DNA from: a virus
Taxonomy: Duplodnaviria > Caudoviricetes
Strand: one strand, 5' to 3'
IMG/VR virus record: IMGVR_UViG_3300032216_000777
Location: 1 to 43,787 of that record
DNA: 43,787 nucleotides
Part shown: one piece after another, positions 37,871 through 43,787 of the stretch
Layout of the letters: the number at the start of each line of letters is the position of its first letter
Position numbering within the stretch: the stretch's first letter is position 1
Made by a program: the position numbers and the translations under genes
Notes under the pieces: model-generated
Seen by the model: the letters and a program-made list of their open reading frames with translations, nothing else
What the model was told of the DNA's origin: nothing
Database searches by the model: none

Positions 37871-37998
37871 TGGAACAATGCGAGTGCAACCACAGTGGGC
37901 GGCAACACCAGGGCTTCTGGGGTCGTTGTCTTGAGCCTGATTGCCCCTGCATCCAGTACCAAGTAGATGAGGAGGCGCAGCCGTGGCAGATGTTCTGA
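37870..37998 (+). CDS. Small Cys/His zinc-binding protein (42 aa), similar to 32730..32876
   Basis: MEQCECNHSGRQHQGFWGRCLEPDCPCIQY... Confidence 0.65.
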   Translation: MEQCECNHSGRQHQGFWGRCLEPDCPCIQYQVDEEAQPWQMF

Positions 37999-38345
37999 GT
38001 TATGCAGCCATAGAAAAGCGGATGAGAGAGACGGTTCACAAACTTGACACTCTCGTTGCTGAGATTGCTGAGGCAGGCTATCAAGCTGCAACTGCTGAAG
38101 CAGCATGGCAACTGAAGTTTGCCAGTGAACGCGTGATCTTCCGGGCAGAGTGCGACAAGGTAGGCAAGAAGATGACCGCCGACCAGACTACTGACTGGGC
38201 AACCGTGAACTCGGGGGATGAGTTTGAGGCTCACCTACTTGCGAAGAACAACTTGACAGTCCTACGCTCAAGTTTGAGTGCCACTCAGGAAATCCTCTCA
38301 GCACTTCGAACTCTCGCCGCAAGCCACCGAGCAGCCACCACTTAG
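37983..38345 (+). CDS. Hypothetical helical protein
   Basis: GAGGAGG SD, GTG start, coiled-coil character. Confidence 0.7.
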   Translation: MADVLSYAAIEKRMRETVHKLDTLVAEIAEAGYQAATAEAAWQLKFASERVIFRAECDKVGKKMTADQTTDWATVNSGDEFEAHLLAKNNLTVLRSSLSATQEILSALRTLAASHRAATT

Positions 38346-38359
38346 GCTAGGTTGGGTTC

Positions 38360-38635
38360 ATGCTCAACGATGACGAAGCAGATGCCCTCATAAAATCCCG
38401 TCAGGCGGCTTTAGAATCGTTTCTAAGCGCCGCTAACCTATTTCCGCTGGAATGGGACGAGGAGACTGAAGATTACGATGAGGTGGAAAATACTCAAGTG
38501 ACCGAGTGGATCATCATTTGCCGCCATCAGGACTTTGACGCAGGCCGAGACTTCTATAGCGTGATGAAAAACACGGGACAAGCTCCCCACTCCACGACAG
38601 GACTGCTTCACACTGCCTTAGAAATGTTCGCTTAG
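38360..38635 (+). CDS. Hypothetical protein
   Basis: VTEWIII...QAPHSTTGLL; TAGGTT 6 nt before ATG. Confidence 0.7.
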   Translation: MLNDDEADALIKSRQAALESFLSAANLFPLEWDEETEDYDEVENTQVTEWIIICRHQDFDAGRDFYSVMKNTGQAPHSTTGLLHTALEMFA

Positions 38636-38724
38636 CCGGGGTAGCCTAGAAAGCAGAAAACCCGCCCCGAAGGGCGGGCGACTGCGTGATTTGCGGGCCG
38701 GGGTAGCCTAGCCGGGGTAGCCTA
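38635..38724. repeat. Three copies of 14-bp GCCGGGGTAGCCTA
   Basis: Copies at 38635-38648, 38697-38710, 38711-38724. Confidence 0.9.
38657..38678 (-). terminator. Intrinsic terminator of minus-strand operon
   Basis: Minus strand CCCGCCC-TTCG-GGGCGGG-TTTT, at the convergence point of the two gene blocks. Confidence 0.85.
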
Positions 38725-38902
38725 GCCACGATTTGATGGTTGTGTGGGTCACGTGCACGCCGTATCTGGCGCCCAACCGGGTGGCGATACCGCGCAAGCT
38801 CACCCCCTCACCCTTCCACCCGGCTAGAACCATTTCTAGATCGTGCCCGTGTTCGACCATGACCAACCGAACGGCCAACTCTCGCACCGTTGACGGGTTC
38901 AC
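38708..38902 (-). CDS. Small HTH DNA-binding protein
   Basis: GVSLRGIATRL...VTHTTIKSWL; GTGA-coupled start. Confidence 0.7.
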   Translation of the reverse strand: MNPSTVRELAVRLVMVEHGHDLEMVLAGWKGEGVSLRGIATRLGARYGVHVTHTTIKSWLGYPG

Positions 38903-39102
38903 GCGATGGCCCACCTTGCGATCTCGCGCCCGGCGGGGTTCACGATAGAACCGCTTAAGGCGCCTTCGTCAACTTCGTCGGCCAACGCCCGCAACACGTC
39001 AGCGAACCCCCCAAAATCAAAATCGTGGTCATCCCAAGGGCTCACAAAATCGCCCAAGGGCACTGAGCTAAGGGTAAAATTACCTTCGTTCGGTTCGGTC
39101 AT
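38899..39102 (-). CDS. Hypothetical protein
   Basis: MTEPNEGNF...ADVLRALADEV...GSIVNPAGREIARW; GGAAGG SD supports start 39102. Confidence 0.65.
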   Translation of the reverse strand: MTEPNEGNFTLSSVPLGDFVSPWDDHDFDFGGFADVLRALADEVDEGALSGSIVNPAGREIARWAIA

Positions 39103-39157
39103 GTCATACCTTCCACTATCCCGCCATTCTGACGGGTGCCACCATTTTGGTGTGCAG

Positions 39158-39206
39158 TGTCCCCGGTAGGTCACAAACCTACGCCGGTCAACGCCGGGCC
39201 GGGGAC
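39158..39206 (-). ncRNA. tRNA-like element 2 (acceptor plus T-like arm, degenerate loop)
   Basis: GTCCCCG-17nt-GTAGG-TTTGTGA-CCTAC-CGGGGAC-A. Confidence 0.55.
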
Positions 39207-39211
39207 GGGTA

Positions 39212-39391
39212 CTACCAGTTAATACCGCCCCTTTCGACGTATTCACTGGCGGGCCCGGTGCCGTCTACGTGTCCGTGAGGGCCCTCACACGTTGGGCCAC
39301 ACGTGCGAGGGTCACCCGCATGGTGGCGGTAGGGGCAATCACGCTCTACGTGGTCAGCCTTGGGGCAAAATCGACAGGGCACGCGCGTCAT
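39212..39391 (-). CDS. Small Cys/His-rich protein
   Basis: MTRVPCRFCPKADHVERDCPY... (zinc-knuckle-like CxxC-x4-H-x4-C); TGATG-coupled. Confidence 0.6.
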   Translation of the reverse strand: MTRVPCRFCPKADHVERDCPYRHHAGDPRTCGPTCEGPHGHVDGTGPASEYVERGGINW

Positions 39392-39606
39392 CACTTCACC
39401 CGCCGGGCGTGCTTCGGGGTGTGCCGTTCGTTGAACCGTCGAACACGTGCTAGGCCCCGCTTGTGAGCCTTCCACGCGGCCCGGCCAATAATCCACACGG
39501 CGAACATGATCACGTACATGGTCACCAAACCTTCGGCAAAACTACGGGCGGCGGCCCCGCCACCGCTCACGTATGCCAACTGGGGGAGATAGTTGAGGCC
39601 CGTCAT
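39391..39606 (-). CDS. Small membrane protein
   Basis: One TM segment (LVTMYVIMFAVWII) and basic tail. Confidence 0.6.
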   Translation of the reverse strand: MTGLNYLPQLAYVSGGGAAARSFAEGLVTMYVIMFAVWIIGRAAWKAHKRGLARVRRFNERHTPKHARRVK

Positions 39607-39890
39607 GCCGTCACCCGCTGCATGTCGGCCACGTCTTGAAGTGTCCTCATGGCGGCGATCATGTCGCGACGCAATTCCGCCATAGTCTCATAACCCCGCC
39701 CGTCAGTAGTAAAACCGGGAAGGTCAAAAAACAATACGCGACGGGGAAGTTCCCGGTAAATCATCCACGACAAACCGAACGGGCAACCAATACGGGCCCC
39801 TTCTAATTGTTCGACCGTGTACCCGGCCCCCTCACACGCGGCTAAGTAGCCTTCTAGCGTGGTGGCCATCACTTTGGCGGTTACTCTCAT
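39603..39890 (-). CDS. Hypothetical protein
   Basis: GAAGGGG SD; ATGA overlap downstream. Confidence 0.65.
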   Translation of the reverse strand: MRVTAKVMATTLEGYLAACEGAGYTVEQLEGARIGCPFGLSWMIYRELPRRVLFFDLPGFTTDGRGYETMAELRRDMIAAMRTLQDVADMQRVTA

Positions 39891-39917
39891 AACTACACAC
39901 CCCTTCGGGTTTTCTAC

Positions 39918-39938
39918 TGTCGGGAACTATTCCCGACA
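39918..39938 (-). other. Perfect 9-bp hairpin directly 3' of the CCA of tRNA-like element 1
   Basis: TGTCGGGAA-3nt-TTCCCGACA. Confidence 0.8.
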
Positions 39939-39985
39939 TGGTTCCCCCGGTGAGAGTCGAACTCACCTAATGCACCGGCGGGGGA
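39939..39985 (-). ncRNA. tRNA-like element 1 (acceptor stem, T-arm, CCA; no D or anticodon arm)
   Basis: TCCCCCG-CCGGTGCATTAG-GTGAG-TTCGACT-CTCAC-CGGGGGA-A-CCA. Confidence 0.75.
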
Positions 39986-39991
39986 GAAGTA

Positions 39992-40165
39992 CTACCGGCT
40001 CACCTTCCACCCTTGAGCCTTCACGTGTTCCCGGTAACGGGTGAGAGCTTCACGCTTCCCGTACCCGTAGAACACTGACGAATAGAACCATGCTTCGCCG
40101 CCTTCGGTGACTAGTGCGGTCACGCGCCAGGCGCCTTCGGTGTTGCGGTCAACGGTGTACGTCAT
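39992..40165 (-). CDS. Hypothetical protein (57 aa, not in ORF track)
   Basis: MTYTVDRNTEGAWRVTALVTEGGEAWFYSSVFYGYGKREALTRYREHVKAQGWKVSR; starts 2 nt after clamp stop. Confidence 0.7.
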   Translation of the reverse strand: MTYTVDRNTEGAWRVTALVTEGGEAWFYSSVFYGYGKREALTRYREHVKAQGWKVSR

Positions 40166-40167
40166 GC

Positions 40168-41280
40168 TCACACCCTCACCGGCATGAGCAATGAGATCAC
40201 GGTCGAACCTTCGCCGGTGATAACCGCCGGGCGGCGACTATCGTTCACCAAAACCGACACGGGCCCCGTGTAGTTGCCCAATGCGGTGGCGAAGTAAATC
40301 GGGTTAAAGGCAACATTTGCACCGTCACCCGCCTTGGTGAACCATGCGCCAGGGGCCACGGCCCCGGTAATCGCGTAATCGGTTCCCTTGGCGGTCATGC
40401 TCACCCCGTCACGCGTGAACACGGCGGGGGAATCCTTCGCCACCTTCACGCCCCCTACCGCCTTGACGGTGGCGGTGAACGCCTTAGAAGCTTGCACGCC
40501 GTTAGGTGTGGTCACCAATTCCGTCATGGTCGAAGTGTCGGGGATAAGGTTCCGCCACCCGGGATAGCTTCCACCAATGGCCCGGCGGCGATAAAGAACC
40601 GCTACACCGCCCCCGGCGATTACCGCCCGCTCACCTTCGGCGGCAAACCTAACCAAGTAGGTTGACGCCTTCACGGTTAGGGCAAACTTCACGGCGGCGG
40701 CGTGTAGCTCACCTTCGGCGGTGCCACTGTCAACGGGCGCATAGGCCAGGCGGTAAGAATCGGTGGCGGTTACTTCGCCCCCGTCAACGTGCAATGAAGT
40801 AAGCACGGGCCGATTTTCGTCAACCCCGGCGGCGGTGACTACACCCTCAAGGATGGCGGCGGGGACGGTGAACATGTCCGCCTCACCCGCCCCAACGGTT
40901 ACGGCGGCAATGGTCGAAGCGATCACGTCAACTATGGCGGCGTGGTTCTCATGGTCACCGCGTAGCGTGTGTGTCACCATGGTGGCGGTAGTTTCAACGC
41001 TTACAGTTTCGGTTCCAATGGCCAACACACGGGCCCCGCTACCGTGGAACACTTCGGCGGGAAGTTGGAAGGGCTCACGGTATCCGGCAATGTTATCTAC
41101 GTCGGGTTCTACGTCAACGGTTACCGCCATGTCGCCCGCCATGCTCACTACCGCTACGGCGTAAGTGTCGGGGGTTGGTTGAACCATGTAATAGGTGGCC
41201 CAACCGCTAAGGTGTTCGACTACCTTGGTGGCCCGGTTTATGGCGGTGAACGCCTTCGGTGTGATGATAATACGCGGCAT
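40168..41280 (-). CDS. DNA polymerase III beta sliding clamp homolog (divergent DnaN-like)
   Basis: RPVLTSL...ATDSYRLA, YPGWRNLIP, VAFNPIYF, RPAVI, LLMPVRV C-terminus; GAAAGGGG SD supports ATG 41280. Confidence 0.85.
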   Translation of the reverse strand: MPRIIITPKAFTAINRATKVVEHLSGWATYYMVQPTPDTYAVAVVSMAGDMAVTVDVEPDVDNIAGYREPFQLPAEVFHGSGARVLAIGTETVSVETTATMVTHTLRGDHENHAAIVDVIASTIAAVTVGAGEADMFTVPAAILEGVVTAAGVDENRPVLTSLHVDGGEVTATDSYRLAYAPVDSGTAEGELHAAAVKFALTVKASTYLVRFAAEGERAVIAGGGVAVLYRRRAIGGSYPGWRNLIPDTSTMTELVTTPNGVQASKAFTATVKAVGGVKVAKDSPAVFTRDGVSMTAKGTDYAITGAVAPGAWFTKAGDGANVAFNPIYFATALGNYTGPVSVLVNDSRRPAVITGEGSTVISLLMPVRV

Positions 41281-41321
41281 GTGTGCCCCTTTCATTAGGT
41301 GACCACTAGGTCACGGGTGTA

Positions 41322-41350
41322 AACCTACTTAACACGGTGGCACGTGTCAA
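41322..41350 (-). promoter_or_regulatory. Housekeeping-sigma promoter of minus-strand operon
   Basis: TTGACA-17nt-TAGGTT; leader contains GTGACC/GGTCAC hairpin (41299-41314). Confidence 0.8.
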
Positions 41351-41584
41351 GACTACTTTAGGTGTTTTCTGAGAATTGACTGAGAACGTAGAACGGCGGC
41401 AATAGATCAGACTCACGGCGTCGAAGTGCTCACGGGTAGGGGGTAAGTACACGCGCCAGGGGTGAAAGGCGCCCCCGGTCGAAGCTCACACCATTGGGGC
41501 AATGGTCACGGCAATGGCGGCGGGAAGTAACCAAGGCTCACGGGCCCGGTGTGTTCTCACGTAGGGGGTAGAACCGTAGGGGGC

Positions 41585-41675
41585 GTGTTCGGTGTGCCCG
41601 CTTCACGTGTTCGGTGTGTGACGTGCTCACCCTTCACGTGTGCCACCTTGGTGTGTGTGCCCCTTGGTGTGTGTT
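41585..41675. repeat. Short GT-rich direct repeats in non-coding region
   Basis: GTGTTCGGTGTG x2, CTTCACGTGT x2, CCTTGGTGTGTGT x2. Confidence 0.7.
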
Positions 41676-42104
41676 CTAAGCCATTCTTCCCCATCTTCCC
41701 CATTACGCCTATTAACTAGGCAAATTGCCCATATCCCCCACCCATATGTAACTAATGTTTGCGCTTACTCACTAGGCAAACGTATGTTCGGTGAAAGGCG
41801 ACCGGGGATGTGCCCTGAGGCCCCCCTGTATAAATGTGCTGTAAGCAACGCACGTAAATCCGGTCAATCCGTTATCTCCCTTGCCCTTTACCCGTTCTAA
41901 GGTCTGTTCCGGCAAACCTAAAACCCTCTAAGAAGTGGAATGGTAGGGAGGTGTTAAACGGTATCCGGCACTATGGAGCAGGACTATCCTCAGCGTGGCT
42001 TAGAGAGGCTTCTAGAGGGGTCTCAGCGTATTCTGTGTGTCGCGTAGATGGCGTACTCAGAGGCTTCGGCCAGCAGAGGTATTCCAAGATGGCATCGAGA
42101 AGAC

Positions 42105-42335
42105 TCACTTGCTGGCCTCAATGAGCTTCACTACGTCACAAGGCCACAAGGTGTTGAGAAGTCCACCCGGGGTCTTGCAGCCGACACAGTAGGTCACTGC
42201 TCCAATAGCACCCTGGTTCTGATCGAGGGGGACATGCTTCTTCGCCATCTCTTTCAGCAGAGTTTCTTTTGCATACCGCCGGTTAATCGAGTTGGTGATG
42301 ACTCGGTGTTCTTCTTCAAAAGACATCTTGCCCAT
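42105..42335 (-). CDS. Hypothetical protein (CxxC...WPC motif)
   Basis: KHVP...YCVGC...LWPCDVV; TAATG-coupled. Confidence 0.65.
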   Translation of the reverse strand: MGKMSFEEEHRVITNSINRRYAKETLLKEMAKKHVPLDQNQGAIGAVTYCVGCKTPGGLLNTLWPCDVVKLIEASK

Positions 42336-42649
42336 TAGATTGCCCTCATTGCTCGTTCAATGGCCCTCTCTTGGGCGCTAAGTGGTTTCTTGGGTACTGC
42401 TGGGGGAGGCACATAGATTCCCGCCAGACGACGTTCCTCTGCTTTTTGCTTCCGGACTTCTTTGCTTTTCTGACGAGCATGTTCAGGCCATGCTTTGCCG
42501 GGGCCGGGCTTGCACTTCTTGAAGCCTTGCTCTGCTGCTGCAGCTTCTTCTCTCGTAGCAAAGTAGCCAAGGTGGTAAGTCTTGCGGTCTGCTCGAACAT
42601 GGACTGATGCTGCCCACGGCTTCTTGTATCTGGGTCTGTAACTGGGCAT
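42335..42649 (-). CDS. AP2-domain DNA-binding protein
   Basis: KPWAASVHV...KTYHLGYFATREEAAAA. Confidence 0.8.
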   Translation of the reverse strand: MPSYRPRYKKPWAASVHVRADRKTYHLGYFATREEAAAAEQGFKKCKPGPGKAWPEHARQKSKEVRKQKAEERRLAGIYVPPPAVPKKPLSAQERAIERAMRAI

Positions 42650-43209
42650 TACTTCTCCAGATGGTTCTTTTGGAGCGCAGCAAGTTCCGCCCGAACCTTC
42701 TGACGCAGTTCTTCGACGGTTCCATCATTCAGGACAAAGCCATCACAGTCTTCAGCCTTGATGCTGTTCTCTGAGGCATGGGTTCCCTGCTCTACGCCGG
42801 GTCGCTCAATCCAAATGACGTAGCCAGGAGAGACAAACTCTCGCTTAATGAAACTGATCTCGTTCTTGAATCGAACGTCAGTGATGCAGAAGTCGTAGAT
42901 GCCCTTTGCATCCATTTCCAGCCACAGGTGGTCTACCCAGTGTTCCTCGTTCAGTTTCCGCATTGCCATCCCAAGCTCCTGCAACAGTCGGCGGAGTTCC
43001 CTTGAGTTGCGCTTCACCAACTCAAATGACTCGTACTTGAGCAGGCTTGAGAGGTGAATCATCCCCGAGACAGGGTGGAAGGAGATACATGGGTCAATCG
43101 AGGTAACTATCTCCTTGATGGGGTCAGCAAATCCTACTGAAACGTATGGCAAGGCTTTGGCAGCTTCATTCTTTCCTGCGCCAGCCAGACCTGCGAATCC
43201 GATAATCAT
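42649..43209 (-). CDS. Deoxynucleoside monophosphate kinase
   Basis: IIGFAGLAGAGK, FADPIK, RRLLQELG, TDVRFKNE, HASE, NDGT; GAAAGGA SD. Confidence 0.9.
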   Translation of the reverse strand: MIIGFAGLAGAGKNEAAKALPYVSVGFADPIKEIVTSIDPCISFHPVSGMIHLSSLLKYESFELVKRNSRELRRLLQELGMAMRKLNEEHWVDHLWLEMDAKGIYDFCITDVRFKNEISFIKREFVSPGYVIWIERPGVEQGTHASENSIKAEDCDGFVLNDGTVEELRQKVRAELAALQKNHLEK

Positions 43210-43365
43210 GGCAATTCCTTTCTGCGGCGACTCTCACCAGCAAGGTAAATCTACCATAGAATTGCAATAAGGGTGATGCTCAGAAAAAAATCTCTTTACC
43301 ATCCACCACTCGCGGTCACTGATGCGATTAGGATGCAGCCAAGGCCAATGCTTCCCCAGCAACGG

Positions 43366-43552
43366 CCCCATCATTTCTAGAGTCTGCGCTCCTGTGCGCT
43401 AACAGGCGAGGGTGGAAGTCCCCCGTGGCTAACCCCCACGAGTATCCCGTTAAACGGGTCTCTGATCTATTGCGGAATGATCTACCGCTGATGTGCCGGA
43501 AGGGAATGTGGCGCTCAACCTTGGGGAAATGTTGAGTCTGGGAATGACTGGG
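43366..43552 (+). ncRNA. Candidate multi-branched structured RNA
   Basis: Closing helix 43371-81/43537-47 with G-U pairs encloses several hairpins. Confidence 0.4.
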
Positions 43553-43664
43553 ATTATTGCGCCGCAGGCAGTGACGGCAACGAAGTTGTCCCCTTAGCTT
43601 TTCCTCTATAAAGATCTCTCTCCCTGAAGAACACTGCGCATGCAGTGTCTCTCAGTTTGCTAAG

Positions 43665-43787
43665 AAGGTCTAAGAGAAGAACCTGAGAAGCGAACTCGCG
43701 CGAGACAGACTCGCGACCTGATAGAGTTTCACAAACAAAGAAATACACAAACTAACCAATAACCTCACAATGAGGCTGAAGGGAGAG
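43665..43787. repeat. Terminal direct repeat, copy 2
   Basis: Identical to 1-123. Confidence 0.95.

Noticed and set aside
39939-39985. Functional tRNA gene or tRNA-derived attP
   Set aside because: No D or anticodon arm; no integrase recognised; the complementary 5' acceptor strand only 12 nt upstream of the T-arm is not expected for a simple attP copy
43405-43425. Group II intron or RNase P RNA suggested by GGGTGGAAGTCCC
   Set aside because: No domain V, no other RNase P conserved regions, region too short; kept only as a generic structured RNA candidate

Overview
This window looks like a complete, circularly assembled genome of a short-tailed (podovirus-type) dsDNA phage. The first 123 bp repeat exactly at the end. 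The host is probably in Actinomycetota, judging from the WhiB gene, leaderless TANNNT-N6-start genes and actinophage-type holin and phosphoesterase genes. The plus strand carries a DnaT-like protein, holin, HTH-fused terminase, portal, a 2461-aa internal virion protein with an ADP-ribosyltransferase-like domain, two more putative ejection proteins, scaffold, major capsid, four tail appendage genes, tail tube/nozzle genes, an NlpC/P60 endolysin, a permuted papain amidase, a metallophosphoesterase and a recombination/regulation module (Cas4-like nuclease, putative annealing protein, WhiB, HNH-like, resolvase, ABC-ATPase-GNAT fusion). The minus strand carries dNMP kinase and AP2 genes, and a compositionally distinct operon (about 38.65-41.35 kb) with its own consensus promoter and terminator. 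No integrase, DNA polymerase, primase or helicase was recognised. The most striking observation is in that minus-strand operon. It starts with a beta-clamp homolog, is strongly depleted in CAG/CTG, and is punctuated by two armless tRNA-like elements (7-bp acceptor plus 5-bp T-arm, one with TTCGACT loop and encoded CCA). Each element lies just after a stop codon and just before a hairpin and ribosome-binding site, suggesting a tRNA-mimic mRNA-processing or decoy system. All calls come from motif recognition and manual base pairing; no searches or folding programs were run.
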